Source of the DNA: Antedon mediterranea
Taxonomy: Eukaryota; Animalia; Echinodermata
NCBI RefSeq assembly: GCF_964355755.1
Contig: NC_092678.1
Span: 18,121,365-18,185,364, forward strand
Direction: 5' to 3'
DNA: 64,000 bases
Numbering within the stretch: the first letter of the stretch is position 1; each line of letters opens with the position of its first letter. Under the pieces are notes generated by a model that was not told the DNA's origin, made no database searches, and saw only the letters and a list, made by a program, of their open reading frames with translations. Shown here piece after piece: positions 13,223-25,900 of the stretch. A program made the translations under genes and the position numbers.

Positions 13223-13479
13223 CTGCCGTACTTTGAGAAAAGGCATTACCTCTACATTTTTTTCGAATTTGAGATTTTTGTCTTATTTGATTCTTAAGGG
13301 CATAACTTAACATCTGAATTGAGCATACATGGCATATTTTTGTTTGATGTTCTTCTCAAGACTATACATTTAGAAATAGAATATTATTTGTATGTTTTTT
13401 ATAATAAACAAAAACGCATTTTGCTCATTTACTCAAAAGTACCTTTTTGTAGATAATGCCTTTTCTTAAAGTACGGCAG
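13223..13479. mobile_element. Tc1/mariner-type MITE
   Basis: TA|CTGCCGTACTTTGAGAAAAGGCATTA...TAATGCCTTTTCTTAAAGTACGGCAG|TA. Confidence 0.75.
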
Positions 13480-16400
13480 TATTGTACTCAGTTTCCAAAG
13501 AATTGCGTATAAAACAAGCATACATTTAAGTACAGTATGACACGCCATATGTGCAAAATGTTTTAGCTGAATCTCTATTTAAAACCTGGACTATGTGTTT
13601 ACATTATTCTAAAAATTTAGCAACATCATAAATCTGTAGGCAGAAAATGAAAGCAAATCTTCCATCTAAATTGATAGCTGGTGTTTCAAGCTTTTGAAAC
13701 CGGGTTGGTATTTTTGTTAATATATTTGTTGGTGATAGTAAGTATTTATGTGTTCAAAAACAATAAATAAAACATACATACTTTTAAAAATAAAATGCAT
13801 TTATTTAAATGTGTCTCCTGTCAGACAACACTGATTTATCATTTCATTTCACCCTGAAAGCAATTTTTCTCTGACTTTTTTAGATAGAATTCGCTTAGTT
13901 TTGTGCAACACAAATACCTTCTTTGGTGAACAGTATTAATATTTTGGGAGACTAATAGGTGATTTTTCATTTACATTTTATAATCACAGGTCAAATAAAA
14001 AAAAAAAATGACTTTCACGTCCTCAACTCAAGGATGATTAAAAGTATGCTTGCAAAATTAATGATTCTTTCACATTTTTTTTTAAATATCTACATTTTTT
14101 AAACAAATAAAAATGAAAACACTCAGAAACTGAGTGAAGTACCACAGAGTGTACATGTTGATATTTAGGCCCATGTTAAGAATACAGATTTTTCTTCTTT
14201 TTTTTTTCTATTTGTAAAGTTATCAATGAACCAATTGTCTTGAAATTCAGTAGGCAGCCGCATGTTCTAAAAGTATATATACCTATTCACACCAAACTAT
14301 TTAGGATAATAGTTTGAAAATAATGAGGGATGGCATTTTTTTTTGGCTAATAATAATAATAATAATATATACAAATTATAATAATATAATATGGCAACAA
14401 AATATGATGTTTGATGTTTGTTCGTAAAAGCTATGAATAGTTGTCATATCACAGATCGATTCACTTCTTTGTTTTCCTCACATGACGTAAAGAAATCCAG
14501 TACATGCCTACATATTTAAATTAAAAGTATTGCTTTTTAAAACACTAATAGCTTTGGTTAAAACGTGGAGGTATATTGCAACCTCCAGGGATAGACTATG
14601 CTCTCCTTAGGGCATTCGATAATGCACACCCTACCCTCACCCTATTTTAGCAATTCCAATACAATATAGAGGTTGAATTCAGCACATTTAAGATTTAGGC
14701 CCAATCAATATAATCAATTAAAAATATTCAATAAAAATAATAATAATAAATTAAAAATAATAATAATAATCAATAATAATCATTAAATAACTTATCAATT
14801 AATTATAAATGTAATTGTAGTGGTACAGTACCTACAACCTACTGTAAGGTTTGTCATATTAATAAAAAAAAAACTTCACCACCTACATTTACCCTGAAAT
14901 TTGGCACACAGATTTTTGTTTTCCTTTAAAATCATATTCATTTTAATATTGTATTCTTACTATTCACTTTTACCAGACCACTACAATATAATTGTTTTTC
15001 AATTGTTTAGTTACTTCATATTAATGAAAAAAAAAACCAAACAAAAATAATATTACGGGGACACCTCCAGGGCACAACAAATTGTTCCCTTAATATAGGC
15101 ATAGAATAGATACATTAAATTTTAACAATGCTTACTAAATATAATTAAAATTACAGCCTTTATTTATGTCAAACTAAGATTGCACATACGCTAAAACATA
15201 AAACAAACTTTTAAATTAAAAAATAAATATTTGCTAACATTATTACAAATTACTGTGGACATACGAAAGTATTTGTTTATAGGGTGAAAATTAAAATGTT
15301 TAATATACAAAATAATATATACATTGTTTTATGATTAAAATAAATGAAAGGGTTTTAATACGCCACATGCAGCATACCTTGAATGAAAAAAAGTGTAACT
15401 CTAAAAATTGAACGTAACAATTTTGAATAAAAGTTTTGATTCATTACATAGTACACAAGAATGTTAATACCACTTTTCACATATTTCATATTTTCGTTAT
15501 TAATAAAATGGCAAATCGGGTGTTGCTAAAAAATGTATTTCAAATCAAATCCAAGTATAATATGTTATTCTTTCAAAACCTTCTATCATGGGCCATTATT
15601 ATTATTATTATTATTATTATCATAATTTACTTCTAATACTACTTATTCTATATTATGATTTTTTTCCTCCTGTGTAAGTATGTTCCATAGAGATATGAGG
15701 ACGGTATTGACTAAATAGCAAGGATACAAACATGGTATATGTTTCGTTCTATGACTAATTTGGCAATTTAATGCTAATAGCACACACCTCATCTAAACCA
15801 CTCTAAATTAATTACAGTATAAAGATTTTTTTAAAGGAATTAACTTTTTTTTTACGTGATTGATATTGACAAATTTTTGAAATTTTATAGCAAATTGGAC
15901 AGATGTAGATATTACATTTCCAGGAGGGGGTGGGGGGGGGGGGGGCGATCCATACATTTTTAAATGGCAAGCACTAACATAATCTATCAAAGATAGATAT
16001 TAAAAAGTAGTTAATAATTCCATTTTACCTGTCTAAATTGAGGTAGAGTACGACCCAAGTGCTACAGTACAACCAGCTTCCTTAGCACCGTCATCTCGGT
16101 AAAAAAAACTAATGATTCTCGGGAGACCAATGCATTATGGCAACCATTTACCGCGCAAACATTACCACGAAATCGTATCTTCTTTAAAAACTTCACTGTC
16201 TCACAGACCACATTACGCGACACACAGCTAAAAAGTAACGCATTATCTGTGAACAAGATTTCAAAGCATGATAAAGTAGACTAGAAAAACAGTGGGAGAC
16301 CTTTCAAATTGTGGTTATTGCATTATTAACTTCAGCCTCATTGTGTTATAAAAGTGCCGTTTTTTTTCGTACGCGCATCTAACCGCGAGAAAATCGGCAA

Positions 16401-16994
16401 TTACAGTACAGGAGGATGGATAAACTATTTCATAATTTATGCTTATAAACCAAGTCTCACTCGAGGTTTAGGGAGTGGTGTTGAAAGAGTTGCGAGTTAC
16501 AACCCTGGCATTAGGTTTAGGGAGTGGCGTTGAAAGAGTTGTGAGTTACAACCCTGGCACTAGGTCAGGATTGAACCTCAGGATTGGAAGGCAAACATGT
16601 TAACCACCAAGCTACTACAAGCCTAAGTCTATTCGCCATGGAGTTGAAAAAGTCAGGATTGAACCCTGAACTTGGGATTGGAAGGCAATCAAGTGCAGAG
16701 TCGATGGTGCCAAGCCTTATCCTATCCTATAGCTTCACCATACTTCCAACTATCTATGTAATATAACACAAAGTGTTAGACGCACAGTCGATGGTGCCAA
16801 GCCTTATCCTATGCTATAGCTTCACCATACTTCCAACTAAAAATTGTAAAATCAGGTTATGCAATATCATATAGTTGGTCTGTGAGATACACGTAAAACT
16901 ATTTGTATTTGCTATTTTATGTTTGTACAATTACGAAGGAACATTTTCAGGCATACAATTTGTTTTGGTCGTATTTTGGACATTCGATCCATGG

Positions 16995-19900
16995 TCAAAC
17001 ACTCCTGTGTAGAAGATGCTCAATGACCACTTTCTCGTCGCTGCTCGACACTCTGTCATGGTCTTCTCGGTCCGTTAGCAGACCGTCTGATTCGGAGTCG
17101 CTGTTTCCCTTGTGGTATTTGACAATGTCGTACGACGGAAGACCTCGGCTTTTCTTGGACATTTTTTTGTGCTTCATTAGTATGTTATCAACGACCCAAA
17201 ACATAATACCCTTTAGAAATAAAATAAATATTAATTTAATACAATTACAGTAATAATATTGCATTTAATATAGCACTCAATAATTCACAAAGTCTATCAT
17301 TATAATGAAAAAAGGAAATTCAGTCAAAAATTCTTGAAATACGATAGTCTTGTTCTCAGTAAACGATTTCAGAGTTTCGGACCACTGACTGGTCGCGTAA
17401 TTTTTTTTTCCAGGACGAACGTGGGCAGAAATCATGAATAATTCATGATTAATTATGACATAATAGGGAACATTATAGAGGGCGCTGTATAAGAATGCAG
17501 AGAGATTAAATAATTAGTGTAAACAACGATTGCCAACCGAAATGTTTGGTCTAGTGGTAAAGGCTTTAACCTATTACGCTGAAGCCCTCGGTTCAAGGTC
17601 TTTCATGAACATGTTTTTTTTAATAGTTGAGAGAGATTATTTAGAGGGTTAGGTTTAGTATATTTAGGAAGTAGATCAGCTATCTTTCAATTCTTTATAA
17701 TAGAAAATAATTAAGGTAATGAATTATTCATGACTTCTGCCCACGTTCGTCCTGGAAAAAAAAAACACGCTGACTGGTCTGTTACGGAGAGAACATGCAT
17801 CAAATCAACATTTCAATCAATGTTTCTGAGATATTGTATTGTTTGTGTTTATAACCGTGTTGTAATGTTGTAACATAAAAAGTAGATAAATATAAAATTA
17901 ACGATTACGATTACTTACATTGACTATAAAAGGTATAATTAGAATATGCAGAACTATCCTTACTTCTCCACTAAATATATATTTATGACTTACTAGTATA
18001 CTTTGCATCTGAAAGAAATAATGTTCAAACACATTATAATAAGTCTAATTTAAATATTTATTGTTGTAGCTCACTAAGGGGGGGGGGGCAAACCTGTTGT
18101 AGTGAGTCCTACTAATGGAAGAAAATAATACAGCCATTTGAAATATTGGACTATACCGTTATAGTTCGGACATTCATAACCCCTCCCGATATTTCAGGTT
18201 TCCAAGTTGGGGGGCAGTGGCGTAACGCAGAGGGAAAAGGCTGGCTTAGCACTCCTAAGGGGCCTTCCAATGCTGGGCCCCTGGGTTTAGCCAGTGAGAG
18301 CTTATAACCGCGCCACTGTTGAGAGGTCTACCAAAGGTAGTCAAGGTTTTGTATATTTATAGTAATTTAAAGTTATGAAAAATGAAAAAAAAGATAATTT
18401 GTAATCAAATTTGTCACCTTATTCCCAATTTCGAGAAGAATCAGCAAGATAATTACAGCCTTTGAAATTAGCAATATCAGCAAATATAGGGCACATTGAC
18501 CAATCCACGCCTCTAATTTAGGAGGATCTCCATATTCTCCTGATAATAGTGATATATAACCTCTCCACTTGACTATACATTGCGATATTTTGACCAGAAT
18601 ATATATAAGAATTAGTCCAAGACTGGAGTCTAACAGGAAGTTAACTAAATATCTGAAAAATAATACATAACAAATTATTAATTAATGTGCACTGAATTTA
18701 GAATGTTTGCCACTTGGAAGTAAATAAGTGCTATAGTGAAATAAGTGCTATATATAGTGAAATAAGTGCTATAGTCAAATAAGTGCTGCAGTTTAATAAG
18801 TGATGCAGTCATACAGTTGTCAAATAAGTAGTAGTTCTAGTAAACTAAGCACAACAATCGAATAAGTGCTTCATTTGAATATCAGATTTGAATAAGTACC
18901 GCAGTCGCATAAGTACCATAGTCAAATACTGCAAGCAACGCAGTAATAACGAATAAGTAGCGGAGTCAAAATAAGTAGCGGAGTCGAAATAAGTACTACA
19001 GTCGAATAGTGCAGCAGTCAAATAAGTATGTACCATGTCAAATAAAGTACAGTCAGTTGAAATAAGTACTACAGTCAAATAAGTGAAACTGCAGTATTGA
19101 ATAAGTACTGCAGTCTACTTTATAATACCGCTGTCAAATAAGTACCACAGTTCAAAGTAAAGTAAAATAAGTATGCTTGTAGAATAAGTACAGCAGTCAA
19201 ACATTGTCCAGCAGTTTATCAAAAAAAAAATAGAAAACATTTACTCATGGAACCATAAGTTAGATCAATGATTTAATTAGTCAGTCAATGATTTAATTAG
19301 TCAGTCAATGATTTAATTAGTCAGTCAATGGTTTAGATAGTCAGTAAATGGTTTAATTAGTCAGTCAACAGTTTAATTAGTCAGTCAATGATTTAATTAG
19401 TCAGTCAATGGTTTAGATAGTCAGTCAATGGTTTAATTAGTCAGTCAATGGTTTAAGAGTGCTTGTCACCAAAAATCAGACATATTCGTAATTTAGTGGC
19501 AAGGGTCAAAATTTCGAATTGGCTCATATTTTGCACATTGGTAGACCTTGATGTAAGTAAACCTGATGTGTAGTTTGTTTGGTAAAATATCGCTTAGTTT
19601 TCGAGAAAATCGAAAAATAACGATTTTCGGCCAATTTTGTTAATTTTTGGTGTATAATTTACAATAAGTTTAACAGCCTCTGGAAGCCAAATTTTGCAAC
19701 CTAGCGTTTTAATATTTTACACTTACGTTAACTAGCATCTTGACAATAATTTAGTAAAGTTTCAAAAAATTTAATGAAATTCTAATATTTTTACTAATTA
19801 ATTACTAATTAGCATATATAAAACTCTTAAAAAGTAGGGTAAAAACAAACGCGTTTTTTTTCATGTGCGACGAATTTTTTTTAAATAAAAAAATCGTCAA

Positions 19901-22900
19901 TCTACTGTTTAGATACTAATATTTATGAATCAAGTAAAAACAATTTGGGGAAACTATTTTCCGCTCCGCACCAGAGCCACAAAGTTGTAAGAAATTCAAA
20001 GATTTTATCTGTCGGCAAGATCAATCAGATGTACCTATTGTTCTCTATTTACAGATTTAAGGTAAATTTTACTACGAGAAACAAACTTTAAAGGTAAACT
20101 GAAAGGTCCTGAATAATTTGGAATTACGTTTTAATATAAAAACATCTAAAAATAAATTTCTAGTCAAATTTAAACGACTGACCCATGAAATTAAGCAATT
20201 ACTATCTGAGCTCAATATTATAACTCGCTTAGCTTCATCACCTGTTATATTCTCCACTAGGTGAATTTATTCTTATTATTATTATAATATAATAATAATA
20301 ATAATATTATTTTTTGCACTATACGCGCGCATGCGCAGTTTATTTTTATCAACAAAGTGTTCCCCTTGAAGTGCGCGTATACGCGAAAATGTTTGATTTG
20401 CGCGAATAATTTCGCCTAGTGGAAAACAGGCTATATAACATAATGTTCTTATCTTCTCATATAGGGAGTATTCGTACAAGCATGTTAACGCTATTTTCCA
20501 AGCTCCGCCCACTTTGTAAACAACTTGCTGTGCGTGCGCAAGCATTACGAAAAACTTTAGTTACGTGCGTCGAGAACCTTATTTTTTTTAAATAGCGTAA
20601 ATGAAAACGTTAACCAAAACATGATTAAACATGCCTGGCTAGGCTTAGTCTCTATAAACCCATGATTTGTTTTAATACGTGTGGCGTATGTTGCGTGCGC
20701 TACACATGCGTTGCGTTCTACACTTCCCGTCGAAGAGCGAAATGAAAACGAGCAAGTACGTTAACGCAAATGTTCACTGAACTCTGTTGTTATGCAAATG
20801 AGTAGAATGGTGACATCCGATAACGTTCATGTGCTCGTGCGAAATTTCCTAATAATTCGTAGCCTAAACAATAAATTGTTTGTAAACTTGTAAACCATTG
20901 TTTCATCCCTTCGCTTTATTAAAAATTTACAGAATCGTCCCACATATTAAATTGTTATTTTAAAGAATTCTTACAGACATAGTTTTACCTTATTTTTTAC
21001 CTTATGAGTGAGTGAGTGGCCGAGCGGTTAAGACAGTGCAACCGTAATTAAGTAGCCATAACATCGGCAAGGGTTTGAGGCTCACTCGCTCCATGGTTCT
21101 GGTGGTAGAACGAATCTTCTCGGATAAGGACTATAAACCGTAGGTCCCGTGTAGACATAGCTCATGCGCACTTTAAAGAACCTAGTACATCTTTCGAGAC
21201 GAGTAGGGGGTTACCCCAGTGTACTAGTCCACACAAACACAGCCACTGTCACACACAGCCACTGTGCAAATTGGGACTGGGCCGTTTTAGAGGTGTTTAC
21301 CACCTGTTGGTCCAGATCCTTCACTAACTGAGTTAGTGAGAAGTCGAATAAATAAATAAAAAACCTTCATTGCTACCTTAATCACTCAAGCAACTGCACA
21401 TGGAAACCATCTTTCCCAGCAAATCAATATATGGCTTCTTGCGCTTTATGGTTATATCTGTGGTATCAAGTTCAAGAGAAGTACACATTTCTTGCAACAT
21501 TGGCAAAGAGAATCTGGAGAGTTTTTCTTGAGCTTTCAGTACACAAATATTATGCTTTCAAACATTATTGGATGCTGCAAGCCTATTGTGTCCAGTACGG
21601 TTTGCGACAAAAGTTGAATTTCTCTTTCCTTTTCCGTTTTTGAATCGTCTCAATTTTCTTCGACTTCGTCACCATCTTCATTACTATCGTAATCATCATC
21701 TTCGTCATCATCATCATCATGAACGGCTGCATCTGTCCTCCTTTTTTTAGCCAAGTGTGAGAAAAAACTTGCAATCTGCTGTTAAAAATTCAGTCTTGCT
21801 ACTAAATAGATGTGAACCATCGCTGTGCCTGGCCGATCTCATCTCTCGTGAGACATCACATGGATCAGCTTTCTGTCCCGTCTGCTCTCCAGCGTCAAAA
21901 ACATCAATAAGGTAGGTTTTCTATGGTACAGAAAATCGGGTTTTTTTTGCAGAGGACTTTAACGCCCAGCCCATTTGCAGTTTGGGGCCAATGTCAAACC
22001 GTGGCAAATCGTTGGTTCTTGTTGGTTCTGGATTTTTAGAAGTACCCTCTTCTAGTTGTGTTGATTAATTTCATTGCCCTGTCATAAAGTGTTTCATGTT
22101 CTAGTGCGTTCTTGTGATTTTCATAATCTAAGTGTTTCTCTAGGGAAGAGTACCTCTGATATGACCTAATGCAACCTTGTTCGCGACAAAAGAACAGTTT
22201 GCTGAGGGTGCCAGGACTTTCTTCTCTTTCTATTTGTTCGTCGTCATTTATATCAGCTTGTTCTTCATGAGATGTCTTGGCTTGTATTCTTGCTTTTACT
22301 GCAATAGATGATACTTGATTTATTTTAATCAGACGTTGTATCTTGGTTATGAATTAAATTGGGTAGCTTCGAAGGCACACAGAATTTACTCAAAAGTAGA
22401 TTTTGTCCTGCACCAACACCATTACGCCATCCACACCTTCATGGACCTGCTTCCATACTCTATGTTGTTGATGTGACTCACGCCTTTTATTTCCATTTCC
22501 CTGCTGCACAAATAGTACCACTCACTATCGATGCCCGTAAACCTAAACATGTATCTGTGTGCAGCGATTTCCTTCTGGCATGCTTGTAAAGGTAGGACTT
22601 CAGTGCTCTGTTTGCGGTCTTTTCTATCGAATCCACAAGCTCCGCCGACAACCGATTTAAAAGAACATGAAATCTCCATTTTGTTTGAACTTAAAGCCAT
22701 CAGACAATAATTATATATATGAATTATTTTCAACACGTCTTTACATTGTAAGACATAAAATAAAATGGATAACAAATCAGTTCCGTTGTCAACGTCAATG
22801 AAGATCGTTATCTATCGAATATACGCAGTAAAGTGTTTTGTCTACTGTGGTTACTGTTTTGAAACATTCTCGTTGAGTAAGTTCGACCAGGTTCGACAAA

Positions 22901-25900
22901 CAGGAAAACGATAACAAGTTAAAACAAATTTGTTTTTCAGTTTTATCCTATAAACTATGAGAGGATGGAATAATTTATAATAATGTGGTTTGACAAAGAA
23001 TAAGCGAGTGATTTTTAGTTAATTGCTTAATTTCGTATATTGGTTAGTAATTGAAATTTTACCAGAAACGTATTTTTAGTTTGTGTTTAAATTACAACTT
23101 AATTCAAAATTTATCTTTCAAGTTTGTTTCTCGTAATAAAAGTTTGGCTTAATTCGACTTAGATTGCTAAATAGAGAACAATAGGTACATCTGATTGATC
23201 TTGCCGACAGATAAAATCTTTGAATTTCTTACAACTTTGTGGCTCTGGCGCGGAGCGCAAAATAGTTTCCCCAAATTTTTTTTACTTGATTCATAAATAT
23301 TAGTATCTAAACTTTAGATTGATGACTTTTTTATTTTACAAAAATTCGTCGCACATGAAAAAAAACCTACTTTTTAAGAGTTTTATATATGCTAATTAGT
23401 AATTAATTAGTCAAAATCTTAAAATGTCATCAAATTTTTTGAAACTTTACTAAATTATTGTCAAGATGCTAGTTAACGTAAGTGTAAAATATTAAAACGC
23501 TAGGTTGCTACGTTTGGCTTCCAGAGGCTGTTAAACTTAATGTAAATTATACACCAAAAATTAACAAAATTGCCCGAAAATCGTTATTTTTCGATTTTCT
23601 CGAAAACTAAGCGATATTTTACCAAACAATCTACACATCAGGTTTACTTACATCAAGGTCTACCAATGTGCAAAATATGAGCCAATTCGAAATTTTGACC
23701 CTTGCCACCTAATGTTTGATTTTTAGTGACTGGCTCTCTTAATTAGTCAGTCAATGGTTTAATTAGTCAGTCAATGGTTTAGATAGTCAGTCAATGGTTT
23801 AATTAGTCAGTCAATGGTTTAATTAGTCAGTCAACAGTTTAATTAGTCAGTCAACGCTTTAATTAGTCAGTCAACGGTTTAAATTAGGTGTGTTTGTGTG
23901 AATATCAAACTTTTTTCTTTGGATTTTATATTATGGTATATTTTAATGATGTTCTTTTTGGAATGTGTCAGTCCACTGTAAGACACATCCCTCCTCTATG
24001 CTCTCAATTTCCTTTTTTTATTTATTTTTATTTCATTTAAACCATATTTAATGATGGCGATCCATCCAGCATTTGCTGATCATTTGGGGCCCTCAGAACA
24101 GATACAATATACAAAATACAGCAAAAAGAGAAAAGTAAAAGAAAAACGAAAAGGATATTCATAAAAGAAACATTTTGTTTTTCTAATGTACTTGTTGGCC
24201 TTAGTAATTACAGCAAGTTTTCTCAGTATTCAGTTTAAGACTGCTTCTGGTCTCTTATGGTAAATAAATCAATTATAAATTATAATTCCAGGAATGTATG
24301 AAGTATTTGTCAGGCTCAAAGGTCAAATGCTCACTTGAATGTTTTTTAAATCTGCAACATATTAGATTACTACAGAATTTGTTTTTTTTGGTGGACAATT
24401 TTTAAAATACATTCATCTAAAAGTTTGGAGGATGCATATGCCTAATTATCAAAAATTATTTGTCACAATTATTAAAGATGTTTGTTTATCGAGGCAGCCG
24501 CACATTGACAACATTAAGACTCGTGTGGGCCAAATGAATAAATAAATAAAAATCATTAAACATAATAATACAGTATAATTGTCATTAAAACATGCGAAAC
24601 ATTGTCAAAAATGAAAGTTACAGTATACGCACAATGTACATGGATCTACGCCCATGTTGAAGAACTTATAATCGGCAAGAAATATGTTGGCAAAATGGAC
24701 CATTCCAGCACCAAATGCTTGCTTTGAAGTGTCATAAAACCTGAAAATAAAAGAAAAACATTATATTACTCTTACTTTTTTTCTGTATGCGGACATACCT
24801 TTCTGTTTTTAAACATTTGCAAAATATACAGTATTTGTCGAGTCGAGTGGTCGAGCAGCACCATACAGTAGCAATACAATCGGCACAGGTTCAAGGCACT
24901 CTGCGACCATTGTTCTGGTGGTTGCCCCGGTGTACCAGTCCATTCAGCCCCTACAGTATCGTTGTGGACAGACAACGGGCGCCGTTTAAAGGCAGCACTC
25001 GAAACTAAAGGACCTTTGGGCAGAAGAAAGTTACTGTATGTGCCGTCAACACCTGTGCGCAATTCAGCCCAGTTAGGCTGCAAGTCGCAGCTTATTCTCT
25101 TATTTACATTTACTGTCAATTCTAGTTTTTATTAACTAAATTCAAAGACTAGGTAGGAGAAAAAAAACTGATGACTGTTTTGAACTTCCATTATCTTAAC
25201 CAATCAAATTTAAGTGGATATTAACAACATAGATTAATATTTGAATATTCAACCACCTGTATTTCAAATTATTCAGTATAATTACCATATTTTCCATGGT
25301 CGCCTTTCAGCTGCTGGTTCACGTAGTCGTTTTACTATAATGAAAAAAAATTTGTATACATAATACAGTATATTGTATTTTACAGTATGTTTTGTATTTA
25401 AAGCGTGGTTCCCACTAGCGACGCAACACCAAGGACGTAACGCAACGCAAGTGAATTGACCAATCACAAGCGATGGCTTATTCGCTTGTGATTGCTAACT
25501 GTCTATAACTTCGCTTGTCATTGGTTAAAACGCTTGCGTTGCGTTTACGTCCTTGCATTACGTTCTAGTGGGAACCAAGCTTAATATGTATTTTATAGGT
25601 CTACAGTTATCAATAATGTTTTGTAATTTAAATGTACATACGGCCCAAGGGAAAAAAACCCTGTATTTGATCTTGGCCTTCCTGGATTTAAATAAACTTG
25701 GGGGTGACACAAAATTTCTGGCCCTATATTGACACTTTACATGTGTCTGTTTCTATTATTTTTCTTAAGATTTTAGTTTACACATTGCCTGAAGAACTTG
25801 GACCCAAAATAAAACCGATTTATCAATTGTGATTGGTTGCGTATGTTCGATTAGATCATCTGATGTGTTGTCAAATTGCGACCACGATTAATTTAATTGG

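Larger units (their letters stand above)
19457..23738 (-). mobile_element. Sola3 DNA transposon, internally deleted, in STIMATE intron 3
   Basis: TTAA TSD (19453-19456, 23739-23742), termini GAG...CTC, ~580-bp TIRs (19457-~20051 / ~23168-23738). This combination is the described Sola3 signature. A transposase remnant lies inside. Confidence 0.88.

Noticed and set aside
16465-16840. Short direct repeats (49-bp and ~55-bp pairs) downstream of the STIMATE stop
   Set aside because: Ordinary local duplications mixed with a decayed SINE head; no evidence of function.
19457-23738. piggyBac or Kolobok assignment because of the TTAA TSD
   Set aside because: GAG/CTC termini, ~580-bp TIRs and the protein remnant fit Sola3 better; piggyBac starts with CCY.
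24772-25119. 115-aa minus-strand ORF in STIMATE intron 2
   Set aside because: STIMATE exons 2 and 3 join in phase without it, and no homology is recognisable.
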